Source of the DNA: Bacteroidia bacterium
GTDB taxonomy: Bacteria; Bacteroidota; Bacteroidia; UKL13-3
Assembly (NCBI GenBank): GCA_044360615.1
Contig: JBIKKC010000001.1
Coordinates: 1 to 57,673, forward strand
DNA length: 57,673 nucleotides
Reading direction: 5' to 3'
Part shown: positions 1-9,565 of the stretch, piece by piece
How the letters are laid out: each line of letters opens with the position of its first letter
Numbering within the stretch: position 1 is the stretch's first letter
The notes under the pieces: generated by a model
The model's database searches: none
What the model was told of the DNA's origin: nothing
The model's input: only the letters and a program-made list of their open reading frames with translations
Program-made: the position numbers and the translations under genes

Positions 1-2883
1 TCCAGTATAATAAATTTTAGCTGAAGAAATATTGGTTGCTGGCGTTGCTGACCCATCAGTGCTTAAGGCAAACGAAGAAGCTGAAATTGGTGCACCAGTA
101 GCCGACATGGTAACCGCTAAACGGATAATTTCAGCATCAGTCGAATTCCCATCAACCTTCGAGGGAACTGGTTGATCTGCACTAGCACTTACAAAAGTCA
201 TTGGGGTACTTACTACCCTAAAGCCAATAGTTGGTGTTGTAACTAAAACTCTAGCCGTATCAAAAACAACGATTGAGTCTAAGTTTGCACGCAAGCTATC
301 TCCAATTAAGGCACCGTTAGCTACATTATATGCTACCCAGAAGTAGTTATCCCCATTTACTAAAACTTGGTTACCCGTTAAGGCAATGTTTCCGCTTGGT
401 GAGGTAACTGTTGAACCAAATTGTGTTGCTGTGCTAAAAGTGTTGCTGTTACCAGTGTAATAAATCTTAGCCGAGCTAATTGCTGCTAATCTTGTAGTGC
501 CTGTTGTGTTAAAATTTAATCGGGTAACTCTAGTTGGAATTTGGCCATTCACATTTACTCTAACACGCAACATAGCCATATCTTGGGCACCAATAGAAAC
601 AGGTGCAGTTTCGCGGGTAACATCTCCATTCTGGAAATTCATAAATGGCGCAGTGGTGCCCCATGCAAAGAATTCTCCGTTTCCAGATACAGGCCCTGGA
701 GCAGTAGTAGCCGTTGTGCGTGTATAAGTGGTATTTTGAACAAATGCGCCAATCCCAGCTGTTATACTTCTTGCCGTCCAAGGCCCTGTTGGTGTGGTGC
801 CTTGCATTAAAAATAATTGCTCCTGATTACCCAATAAAACATCCCTATTGGTAACTCCACCTGCTTCTTCCATAGTAGAAATTAACACTGTGGAAGTAGC
901 CGGTAAATTTTGGCCCGCTTCTAAACTCAATCTGAACAACTTATTTGTTAGTAAAGAAGTTTGAGGCGCATTAACACTACCAGTTGGGTTGGTTAGGGCT
1001 CTTGCTGTAATAATTTGTCCAGCCCAACCAGCACCAGGAGAAATTTGCATATACCTTCTTGTGTTATTTGGGTTAGCCAATTGAAGGTATTCTGAACCGT
1101 ATCCCAACGGAACATTTAAAAAGCTGGTTAAAGTTCCAGCAATTGGCCTAACAAATCTAATTGGCCCAACCACATAAGAACCATGTGTGGTAGGTGGAGA
1201 AACTGTATTTAAGCTTGGTGCAGTACCTAACGAACCATTTCCTATTGGACCCACCGTTAAAATATTTACATCGTCTGTAAATAAAATACCTCTGCTAAAG
1301 GTTGTTAAACCACCCGCATTTGTGGCAGAAAGTAATGTTGTTCTGCCAATGGTATCTCCCACTTGAAGTGGGTTGCGCAATTTCACATGGTTTTGAGTAA
1401 ACATAGTAAAAGTACCACGAATAAAGTTAACCCCTGTACTTAAAGAATCTGTTTCATTGCCTACAAAAATGGTGTCTTTATAAAATATACCCATGGTAGG
1501 ATTACCATTTGTGCCACCGCCGTAGGTAACAGAACGTAGTGAAGTTCCTAATGGAGGATAAATTGGTCTTTGTGAAAAGAATGCCCTTTCACAACCACGT
1601 GTAATAGTAATTGCATTCAGAGTTAACCCTACCACTAACTTTCCATTTGGCGCAACCGGCCCATCTACTAAAAATAAACTATTGCGTATAACAAAATTAC
1701 TAGTCATAGTTGCATTAAAGCTTGTACCAGCAGAATTTGTAAAGTATATGGAAGGAATATAGCTGTTGGTTATTGTACCGTTATTTGCCAAAACACTTGG
1801 CGAACCTCCAGTTAAGTAAAGCGTAGCAGTGGTACTAGTACCCATATTAAGGATGCCATTATTGGTTAAATTACCACCAACATATAACCATCTTCCTACT
1901 GCAGAGGAAAGGGAGGTGCCTAAATTGAAAGTGCCACCTCCACTTATAGTAAGGTTTCCAAAAATCTGAGATACCGTATTCGTTGCAGTTGAAAAATAAA
2001 TGAAAGTACCACCATTAATGGTTAGGTCTTGCATGCGTGAAATATTCACATTTGAAGTTACTGTATGCGTTGAGTCAATTACCACATGATTATTAGCTGT
2101 AGGCACAATACCACCAACCCAAGTGGTAGGATTAGACCAGTTACCACTTTGTGCAGAGGTAATAGTGCTTGGTACAAATTCCTCGATAGTTAAACTATCG
2201 ATGAAAGGATTCATGTTAAAGCTGTTTGGATTGTTTCTGTAAAAGGCAAACTTTGCATTTGCTACTTTATATGCGTCTGGAATCTTTACTGTAATTTTAG
2301 ACCAAGGTGTAGCGGCTGTCATGGTGCCCGAACCAGCGGTAGAAGTGGTTACCACATCAGCGTTGGGCTGCACATGCATAATAGATCTCCAAGTAGCTCC
2401 ATTATCATTAGAAGCCATTACTATAATTGGGTAAGTATAATTAGAAGTTTGGCCAAAGAACATATTGAACCTTATGTAAGGAGAGGTAGAAGTGGTTAAA
2501 TTCACCGCAGGTGATTCAATTCTTCTACTCATCATGTTTGTTTGTGCGCCAAAACTATAATCTTCTAACCAAAGCGCGCCAGAATCTGTAACGGCACTAT
2601 TAGGTATTGGTGTTCCAAAACTTTGTGATGACCACACTCCTGGCGAAACCAATTTATTTTGTTGCCAATCTTTAGGTCCTGTTAAATTTACGGCTGTTGG
2701 GGTACCGTTGCCCCAATAATCAAAACGTGTTTGCGTCCAGCCAGTTGGTGCACCCGGCGAACCCGTAAAAGGGCTGTCAAAATTTTCGAGCAGGTAAACC
2801 TGCGCCTTTACCTGTTGATATGCTCCCAGCAAAATCAACAGACCGAACAAAAGGCTCTTTAAGCTAAGTATATTTTTTTTCAT
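1..2883 (-). CDS. large secreted cell-surface protein, N-terminal 961 codons only (frame runs off the left edge)
   Basis: Absent from the supplied track because it has no in-window stop. Reverse-complement reading from the ATG at 2883 gives MKKNILSLKSLLFGLLILLGAYQQVKAQVYLLENFDSPF (signal peptide). The frame stays open for exactly 961 codons to base 1. The sequence is Gly/Thr/Asn/Ser-rich. A module ending ISSAKIYYTG occurs twice (bases ~1-30 and ~455-485). No competing long ORF exists in 811-3112. Confidence 0.8.
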   Translation of the reverse strand, partial: MKKNILSLKSLLFGLLILLGAYQQVKAQVYLLENFDSPFTGSPGAPTGWTQTRFDYWGNGTPTAVNLTGPKDWQQNKLVSPGVWSSQSFGTPIPNSAVTDSGALWLEDYSFGAQTNMMSRRIESPAVNLTTSTSPYIRFNMFFGQTSNYTYPIIVMASNDNGATWRSIMHVQPNADVVTTSTAGSGTMTAATPWSKITVKIPDAYKVANAKFAFYRNNPNSFNMNPFIDSLTIEEFVPSTITSAQSGNWSNPTTWVGGIVPTANNHVVIDSTHTVTSNVNISRMQDLTINGGTFIYFSTATNTVSQIFGNLTISGGGTFNLGTSLSSAVGRWLYVGGNLTNNGILNMGTSTTATLYLTGGSPSVLANNGTITNSYIPSIYFTNSAGTSFNATMTSNFVIRNSLFLVDGPVAPNGKLVVGLTLNAITITRGCERAFFSQRPIYPPLGTSLRSVTYGGGTNGNPTMGIFYKDTIFVGNETDSLSTGVNFIRGTFTMFTQNHVKLRNPLQVGDTIGRTTLLSATNAGGLTTFSRGILFTDDVNILTVGPIGNGSLGTAPSLNTVSPPTTHGSYVVGPIRFVRPIAGTLTSFLNVPLGYGSEYLQLANPNNTRRYMQISPGAGWAGQIITARALTNPTGSVNAPQTSLLTNKLFRLSLEAGQNLPATSTVLISTMEEAGGVTNRDVLLGNQEQLFLMQGTTPTGPWTARSITAGIGAFVQNTTYTRTTATTAPGPVSGNGEFFAWGTTAPFMNFQNGDVTRETAPVSIGAQDMAMLRVRVNVNGQIPTRVTRLNFNTTGTTRLAAISSAKIYYTGNSNTFSTATQFGSTVTSPSGNIALTGNQVLVNGDNYFWVAYNVANGALIGDSLRANLDSIVVFDTARVLVTTPTIGFRVVSTPMTFVSASADQPVPSKVDGNSTDAEIIRLAVTMSATGAPISASSFALSTDGSATPATNISSAKIYYTG

Positions 2884-3112
2884 GTAAAATAATTTGATAA
2901 ACTAAATAAAAACTAAAACCAAAGGACAAAAAATCCTTTATTCATTCCACACCATGGTGCGCCAAAAACCAGCTGGAATGGCTATAAACACTATAGATTT
3001 ACTTGAATTGTTAAAATTCATTATAAATCAAATGTAGAAAAAATTATCTGGAAAACCAGAAAAAGTTAAAAAATTGTAAACTTTTACAATCGAAAGTTGT
3101 TATGCAACATTT

Positions 3113-5629
3113 TTAGTGTTGCTTTTCAAATTTCTTGTAAAGAACTCCGAAATTGGTTTCTATTTGTAATAAGTAGATGCCGTTTTGTAACGCTTCTACA
3201 TTAATTGAATTGGCACTTTCACTTGCTAATAAACGCCCTTGCAAATCTATAACAGAAATTCTTTGAACCTTTGCTGTGCCGCTTGTTTCAATGGTTACTT
3301 TAGCACTTGCTGGGTTAGGGTAAACTATAAGATTTGTTGGTTCAAACCGACTATTTAAGCCATTAGCCATTTCTAACATAAAATACACCGAAGTATCTGC
3401 TGTTGTGCCAGCACTTTCTTTAACAATTAGCACACCGTAAGGCTTGGTAAAAAAATTGGCTATGGTAAATTTAATTGGATTGGTTGTTGTTGGAAGATTG
3501 CTTAAACCTAAATTCATCCAAGTGGCCATAGAATCTTCACTAAACAGCACTGTTACCGAATCTATGTTTTGATAGGTATAGGCAATATTCACTATTTCTC
3601 CCTTTTTCCAAGAACTAGAAACAGTTGGTTCTGTAATAACAATAGACTTAGGCAAGGGCGGTATGCTATCTCCAGGGATATAGGCCATAGTTCTAAAATT
3701 AATGCGATCTGCCCATTCTGGAAAATCTATAAAAGGATTTCTATTTCCTTGTTCAACTGCAATGTATTCGTTACGCGCTATTTCAAAAGCATCTGGTGGA
3801 TCCATTTGATGCCACTGCTTTAATATGGTTAAGGATTGTTGGTTTGGAATCGTCCAAGAATTACCTCTTGAACCATTGTAACAAACTGCCATGTAATATA
3901 ATGCCCTAGCGATATCTCCCTTTTGTTCTGGCCTTGGTTCATAAGAAGTAATATTAAAACTATCTTTACCTAACATACCAAAACCTGTGGGTGAGGTATA
4001 AGTTGGCGTAACCACTTCGTGAAAAGGATTATTGCTTCTTCTGGCATTGGCATTGGTTTGATGCGCTGGAAACAAATTATGTAAATCATTATACTCTGGC
4101 AACTCACTTGTGGTGCCTGGCGCATTAGGCCAATCTGGGTTACCTTGGTTAGAAGGCATCCAACTTTGAGGCCATGTATGTTCTCTGGTTAATACGGCTC
4201 CATTATTACCTGCTGCCCACAAGAATGGTTCATCGTATAAAAATTGATGACCGGTATAAACACATGTAACTACTTTCTTGCTATTGCTCGTATCCCTTGC
4301 TATCCAAGGATTAACTAGCCTTGGAATATAGCTGCTATAGAAAACAGTATCGTGCGGGTTGATGCGCGCAGTTAAACTAGTAACAAAATTAGCATTGGCT
4401 GGATTAATGCCTTGGTAATAATTACCAGGTGTTTTACCACTTGTACTTACCGAGTTTTTAAGAGATGTGCTGGTTAAATAATTTTCATAACCAGCAGGGC
4501 CATTAAAACTATAAACTGCATAATGATAGGTTTGGTTGGCAAGTATATAATTTGGATTAAAAACAATACTCGAGTCTGCAACAATTTCAACTTGCGCCGA
4601 ACCAATATAATCTCCTCGTTTGTAGCTCTGCCCATCGGTTGGCGTTTCTGTAATGGCTGAACCTAACTTTCTTAATATTAAATATTTTTCGGCAAGTTTA
4701 TTACTTGCATTTAATTGTGTGGCGTAACCATACGATTTTACAGAAGCAAAATTAATGGCTTGTGCATTGCCACTAGGTTCGGTTGCCAAACTACCACCAA
4801 TACCATACAAACTTAAACTAAACGAGCGCTTATCTGGATCATTGGTATACAATAACATTGTAGCAAATCTAGAACCATTTGCGCCTGGATTGAAGCTAAT
4901 GTTAAAGCCTTTAGCCTGACCAAAAGGAACAGAATCTGGCAAATTAGTTACACTAAAATCTGAGGCATTTAACCCTATAAATCTTACACTATCCACTAAC
5001 AGCACTTGTGAGGTACCTCCATTTTGTATAACTAAAGGCGTATTGCTTGCATTACCCGAAACAAAATTGGCTCCGTTAACTAAAGTCTTACCTAAATGTT
5101 TCAACACCAAAACAGGGGTAACAGGCGCGGGTGCTGCGGTTATGAGAATACTATCTAACCCAACATTAGAATTAGCTTGCTTCTCGTTATAAAAGAACCT
5201 TACAAAACGCGTAGCGGCTTGCAAGGCATCTTGGTACCTTGTAAACCCACTAGTCATAGAAGTTAAAGTTCTCACGTCTGTCCATATTTGACCATTCACC
5301 GATTCTTGAATTTTAAAAGAACCTGTAAAGGGAGGATTGGGTGAAATTGCCGTACCCCTTAAGTAATAGCTTACATTACCTGGTTTATCATTTACATTAA
5401 CTTGAATAAACTCGCCAGTAAAGTCTAAGCGAGCGGCAATATTATCTCCAACACCAGGGCTATAGGTGGTTCTGGTATCGGTACCCAAGAGAATATTTAG
5501 CGTAAAGCCAGCAGGTGGGTTTGCAATACTAGGATTACTAAAATTCCACGAAGCAGGAAGTATTGCTTGCGCATTAATTTGTGTGGCAAAAACCAAACTT
5601 AAAACAAAAAATTGTATAATCTTTTTCAT
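3113..5629 (-). CDS. secreted endonuclease I family nuclease with T9SS C-terminal sorting domain
   Basis: Track ORF is 3113-5656. The second Met (5629) gives the signal peptide MKKIIQFFVLSLVFATQINAQ. Endonuclease I motifs are REHTWPQSW, DLHNLFPAHQTNANARRSNNPF, GDIARALYYMAVCY and EQGNRNPFIDFPEW. The last ~80 aa (VYPNPASAKVTIETSG...NGIYLLQIETNFGVLYKKFEKQH) look like a T9SS type-A sorting domain. Confidence 0.85.
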   Translation of the reverse strand: MKKIIQFFVLSLVFATQINAQAILPASWNFSNPSIANPPAGFTLNILLGTDTRTTYSPGVGDNIAARLDFTGEFIQVNVNDKPGNVSYYLRGTAISPNPPFTGSFKIQESVNGQIWTDVRTLTSMTSGFTRYQDALQAATRFVRFFYNEKQANSNVGLDSILITAAPAPVTPVLVLKHLGKTLVNGANFVSGNASNTPLVIQNGGTSQVLLVDSVRFIGLNASDFSVTNLPDSVPFGQAKGFNISFNPGANGSRFATMLLYTNDPDKRSFSLSLYGIGGSLATEPSGNAQAINFASVKSYGYATQLNASNKLAEKYLILRKLGSAITETPTDGQSYKRGDYIGSAQVEIVADSSIVFNPNYILANQTYHYAVYSFNGPAGYENYLTSTSLKNSVSTSGKTPGNYYQGINPANANFVTSLTARINPHDTVFYSSYIPRLVNPWIARDTSNSKKVVTCVYTGHQFLYDEPFLWAAGNNGAVLTREHTWPQSWMPSNQGNPDWPNAPGTTSELPEYNDLHNLFPAHQTNANARRSNNPFHEVVTPTYTSPTGFGMLGKDSFNITSYEPRPEQKGDIARALYYMAVCYNGSRGNSWTIPNQQSLTILKQWHQMDPPDAFEIARNEYIAVEQGNRNPFIDFPEWADRINFRTMAYIPGDSIPPLPKSIVITEPTVSSSWKKGEIVNIAYTYQNIDSVTVLFSEDSMATWMNLGLSNLPTTTNPIKFTIANFFTKPYGVLIVKESAGTTADTSVYFMLEMANGLNSRFEPTNLIVYPNPASAKVTIETSGTAKVQRISVIDLQGRLLASESANSINVEALQNGIYLLQIETNFGVLYKKFEKQH

Positions 5630-5709
5630 ATAAACCAGATTTAATTGAGTAGGCAAGTTAGGGTTTAATATGACTAAATCTTTAACTCTGCCATAAAATC
5701 CAATTAGCC

Positions 5710-6936
5710 ATGGAAAAATTACCGAAGGAAGATTTGTTGCAACACATTTGGCAATACAAATATTTATTAAAACAACAACTATTTACCACCACAGGTTTGC
5801 CCATACAAATACTTAAGCCAGGTACCTTAAACACGGCCCAAGGACCAGATTTTTTTGATGCCCGCATTAAAATTGGCGATACCCTTTGGGCAGGAAACTT
5901 AGAGGTGCATGTATGTAGCAGCGATTGGAAAAAACACAAACACAGTTTAGACCCTGCTTACGATAATATTATTCTTCACTTAGTTTACATAGATGATGAA
6001 ATTGTATTGGATAAGAATGGAATGCCTATTCCCTGCCTTACTTTGAATAATCTGTTGCCAAATGAAGTTCTTTTGCAGTACGAAAAATTATTTGAAGCGC
6101 AATCTAGCATACCCTGTGAAAGCTTATTTGAACCTATTGCCCCAGAATTACAACAACTCTTTTTCGAAAGATTACTAATTGAAAGGCTTGAAAGAAATTG
6201 TGCAACCATTGAAAAGATTTGGCTTAAGAATGATAAGAATTGGGAAGCTTGTTGCTATCAATTGGTATTCCAATACGCAGGTTTAGGCATTAACAAAGAC
6301 CCCATGGAACAATTGTTTAGAAAAATACCTTTTTCTTTATTTAAAAAGTATCAATCTGAACCCAATTATTTACAAGCACTATTTCTAGGCTTAGCAGGAC
6401 TTATAAAACCTAGTGAGACCTTATTACAAGAAATTTATACTTACCTCACACACAAACACAATTTAAGCCCATTGCCTAAAGGCTTATGGAAATATAGTGG
6501 CCTGCGGCCGCATTCCTTTCCTGCAGAGCGCATCTTGCAAATAGCCACATTATTTGCCAAGGTAGAAAATCTATTACCACTCTTTTTGAACCTAAAACAT
6601 ACACAAGAAATAACAGCATTTGGAGCATTAAAAGGAGTGGCTTTTACCCACGGATTAACCATTAATGTAATTGCACCTTTACAATTTTCTTATGCAAGAC
6701 TAATGGGCCAAATACCCAATATTGAAAAGCTTTTAGCACTATTAGAAGCTATGCCTGCAGAAGATAATAAGGTAATAAAACTATTTCAAAATCTAGGATT
6801 AAATTTTATCACTGCAAAAGAAAGCCAAGCAATACTTGAGCTGAAAAAGTATTATTGCAATGAAAAAAGATGTTTACAATGCCAGTTTTCTGCTCCTATT
6901 TTCAAACCAAATTCTTGGGTATCCTCCTTTTTTTAG
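5710..6936 (+). CDS. DUF2851-like protein of unknown function
   Basis: 408-aa ORF. The N-terminus EDLLQHIWQYKYL...GPDFFDARIKIGDTLWAGNLEVHVCSSDWKKHKH matches my recollection of the DUF2851 family common in Bacteroidota. Confidence 0.7.
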   Translation: MEKLPKEDLLQHIWQYKYLLKQQLFTTTGLPIQILKPGTLNTAQGPDFFDARIKIGDTLWAGNLEVHVCSSDWKKHKHSLDPAYDNIILHLVYIDDEIVLDKNGMPIPCLTLNNLLPNEVLLQYEKLFEAQSSIPCESLFEPIAPELQQLFFERLLIERLERNCATIEKIWLKNDKNWEACCYQLVFQYAGLGINKDPMEQLFRKIPFSLFKKYQSEPNYLQALFLGLAGLIKPSETLLQEIYTYLTHKHNLSPLPKGLWKYSGLRPHSFPAERILQIATLFAKVENLLPLFLNLKHTQEITAFGALKGVAFTHGLTINVIAPLQFSYARLMGQIPNIEKLLALLEAMPAEDNKVIKLFQNLGLNFITAKESQAILELKKYYCNEKRCLQCQFSAPIFKPNSWVSSFF

Positions 6937-7439
6937 CGCCTTTTGCAGCAAACAAAGCTTGGGCTCAAGACAAACTAATTTTTATTAATCCTAACCAAGC
7001 AAAGCTAATAGAAGCTAAACCTGGCGACTTTTTAATCATAAAATATAAAGGATATTTGGGTCAAACCGAATTCTACAAACAAACCCTTTTAGAAATAAAG
7101 GACAGTAGTTTTGTAATTGGCATGTATAGCTTTAGTGATGCATCCATCTTCGAAAGAGAAAACCCTTATAAAGAAATTAATTTTAAGGATGTACAAGCTT
7201 TTAGAAGACGCTCTACAGGCGTTACTATCTCAAAAAGTTTACTCGGATTAGGGGCTGCTATTGGGTCAATTTTAGTATTAGACCAACTCTATGAAAATAG
7301 AAATAACAGCACCCTGGCAAATCTTGGAATTTCTATGGGTGTAGGGCTTAGCATAAATTTTGGATTGAACCTACTTTTCCCAGACAAACCAAAATACCAC
7401 ATGAAAGAAGGTTGGTATATTGAAAGTGTTAAAAATTAA
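6870..7439 (+). CDS. hypothetical exported/membrane protein
   Basis: 189-aa ORF with alternative starts at ATG 6879 and TTG 6915. A hydrophobic leader FLGILLFLAPFAANKAWAQ is followed by a soluble part and a Gly-rich C-terminal membrane segment (LLGLGAAIGSILVL, GISMGVGLSINFGLNLLF). It overlaps the 3' end of the upstream gene. No family recognised. Confidence 0.6.
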   Translation: MFTMPVFCSYFQTKFLGILLFLAPFAANKAWAQDKLIFINPNQAKLIEAKPGDFLIIKYKGYLGQTEFYKQTLLEIKDSSFVIGMYSFSDASIFERENPYKEINFKDVQAFRRRSTGVTISKSLLGLGAAIGSILVLDQLYENRNNSTLANLGISMGVGLSINFGLNLLFPDKPKYHMKEGWYIESVKN

Positions 7440-7464
7440 TTGTAAACTTGAAAAGGTTTGTAAA

Positions 7465-7683
7465 ATGGAGAAGTTAAAATATACAGTAGAAAAAAGAGCC
7501 TTTGGGGTTTGTAATTACTTGGGAGAAAAACTTGGTATTTCTTCTAGTACCATTCGCTTGTATTTTATTTATACCTCTTTTATCACCATGGGTTCTCCAG
7601 TTATTATTTATCTAATTATTGCTTTTTGGATGAACATTAAAAGTTATATAAAACCTGGCCGTAAAACCATCTGGGAACTTTAA
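7465..7683 (+). CDS. PspC domain-containing small membrane protein
   Basis: The Met at 7465 gives MEKLKYTVEKRAFGVCNYLGEKLGISSSTIRLYFIYTSFITMGSPVIIYLIIAFWM. This is the PspC-domain pattern followed by a TM helix. Confidence 0.75.
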   Translation: MEKLKYTVEKRAFGVCNYLGEKLGISSSTIRLYFIYTSFITMGSPVIIYLIIAFWMNIKSYIKPGRKTIWEL

Positions 7684-7698
7684 TAATTTTTTAGGCAA

Positions 7699-8808
7699 TT
7701 GAATAGAGTAGGAATTATATTTATCCTTCTTAGCGTTTACATTTTAGCTGCTTTTGGCTGGTGGACATTCTCCCACTACCGCAATGCTAAGACCATGTTT
7801 GAGCAAAATTTCGAAATCCTAAACAACCTAAGCTATAAGGCTACGTTTGATTTACAAGGGGCTAGCGACCAAGAACTATATTACGACAGTTTGGGGATGA
7901 AAAAATATTTTGAACTGCATTATCCGCAGCTTGAGCTTTCCATCTTAGACCCATACGACCCCCTAAATAACTTTATGGTTAAACCAAGTTATGACAGCTA
8001 TTTAATCATAGAAGCACAATACAAAAGAAAAGTTAGAATGTACATTTTAGAAGGTATTGTAATGATACTTCTTTTGTTTTGGGGGATACTTACTATTTTT
8101 AGAAGTCTGCGCAAAGAAATTGGGTTCAAAAAGCAACAAACTAACTTTTTACTTTCGATAACCCACGAATTAAAAACCCCAATTACCGCTGTTAGGCTGT
8201 ACTTAGAAACGCTAAAGAAGCGAAAATTAAACGAAGAGCAAACCAATGCTGTAATTGCTAATTCTTTAGATGAGGTGGAACGCTTACAAGACCAGGTAGA
8301 AAATTTATTGCTTTCTGCGCAACTGGATAGCAAAGCTTATCAATTGCAATTGCAAACGGTAAATCTTAGCGAACTTTGTCATGAATTTGCCACAAAATTT
8401 GCCCGACCGCGAAATCTTGAAAATAAATTACACCTCAATATAGACGAACAAGTAATCTTGCAAACAGACCCCAGTGCACTCGAAATGATATTGAGTAATC
8501 TTATGAGTAATGCTATAAAATATGGGGGTGCCAACTTAGAAATTTGGTTAGACTTGCATGTAAAAGGCGAAGAAATTGTTTTATGTATTGCAGACAATGG
8601 GCCTGGGATAAGTGAACACGACAAAAAAATGCTATTCAAAAAGTTCTACAGAAGTGGCGATGAAAATACCAGAAAAACAAAAGGAACTGGTTTAGGGTTA
8701 TTCATCGTAAGAAATTTAGTTGAATTACATAAAGCCAAAATTCAACTTCATTCGAATTCACCTCATGGAACAAAATTTGAAATTAAGTTTAAGTCAAATG
8801 CAGAATAG
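7699..8808 (+). CDS. membrane sensor histidine kinase
   Basis: TTG start. Two N-terminal TM segments. H-box FLLSITHELKTPITAV. ATPase boxes LMSNAIKYG, DNGPGI and GTGLGLFIV. Confidence 0.9.
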   Translation: MNRVGIIFILLSVYILAAFGWWTFSHYRNAKTMFEQNFEILNNLSYKATFDLQGASDQELYYDSLGMKKYFELHYPQLELSILDPYDPLNNFMVKPSYDSYLIIEAQYKRKVRMYILEGIVMILLLFWGILTIFRSLRKEIGFKKQQTNFLLSITHELKTPITAVRLYLETLKKRKLNEEQTNAVIANSLDEVERLQDQVENLLLSAQLDSKAYQLQLQTVNLSELCHEFATKFARPRNLENKLHLNIDEQVILQTDPSALEMILSNLMSNAIKYGGANLEIWLDLHVKGEEIVLCIADNGPGISEHDKKMLFKKFYRSGDENTRKTKGTGLGLFIVRNLVELHKAKIQLHSNSPHGTKFEIKFKSNAE

Positions 8809-9532
8809 AATATTGCTTGTAGAAGATGAGTTGCACTTGCAACATGCTATAAAATTAAACCTAGAGCTGGAAGGTTTTACAGTTCAAATTTCTGGCACAG
8901 GAACAGATGCTGTTAAAATATTTAGAGAACAGAAGTTCGACCTAGTTATTCTCGATATTATGCTGCCAGAAATGGATGGTTTTATGGTTTGTGAAAACAT
9001 TAGAATGTACGATCAGCAAATTCCAGTATTATTCTTATCTGCAAAAAATACCCCTGCAGACCGCATCGCAGGCCTAAAAAAGGGAGCCGACGATTATTTA
9101 ACCAAACCTTTTGAATTAGAAGAACTCATACTTAGGACAAATAAACTATTAGAAAAAAGTAAGCAAATTAAAGTTACCATAGAAAATAGAATTCCAAAAA
9201 TTTTCTATTTTGGAAATTGGTGGATTAACTTTGAAAATCATGAAGCCATGGGCGTTAATGGTGTGTTTGAACTTACCAAAAAAGAATTGATGCTGATGCG
9301 CCTTTTGATAGAAAATAGAAATCAAGTGGTAAGTAGGGAGCACATCTTAAAAGTAGTCTGGGATTATACAGTAATTCCAAATACCAGAACTATAGATAAC
9401 TTTATACTTGCTTTAAGAAAAAACTTCGAAAAAGACCCAAAACAGCCAGAATATATTCAAAGTGCTAGAGGAATTGGGTATCGCCTAGTAATCTTGGAAG
9501 AGAGAGAAATACCTCAAGGGGCAATTGCTTAA
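8798..9532 (+). CDS. OmpR/PhoB-family response regulator
   Basis: The ATG at 8798 overlaps the kinase stop by 11 nt and gives MQNRILLVEDELHL...LVILDIMLPEMDG (receiver). The C-terminal winged helix is TRTIDNFILALRKNFE...ARGIGYRL. The upstream part of the track ORF (from 8720) lies inside the kinase gene. Confidence 0.9.
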   Translation: MQNRILLVEDELHLQHAIKLNLELEGFTVQISGTGTDAVKIFREQKFDLVILDIMLPEMDGFMVCENIRMYDQQIPVLFLSAKNTPADRIAGLKKGADDYLTKPFELEELILRTNKLLEKSKQIKVTIENRIPKIFYFGNWWINFENHEAMGVNGVFELTKKELMLMRLLIENRNQVVSREHILKVVWDYTVIPNTRTIDNFILALRKNFEKDPKQPEYIQSARGIGYRLVILEEREIPQGAIA

Positions 9533-9565
9533 AATACACCAACAAGCTTGGCATTCAATGGCACT

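Noticed and set aside
3074-3089. TTGTAAA-CT-TTTACAA palindrome followed by a T-run on the minus strand, a possible terminator of the nuclease gene
   Set aside because: The stem is only 6-7 A/T-rich base pairs with a 2-4 nt loop. That is too weak to call a terminator with confidence.
5800-5935. Possible PD-(D/E)xK-like nuclease motif in the DUF2851-like protein (GPDFFDARIKIG...NLEVHV), next to the secreted nuclease gene
   Set aside because: The pattern ends in E-V-H rather than E-x-K, and I cannot verify the fold by eye. The adjacency to the endonuclease gene is divergent and probably coincidental.
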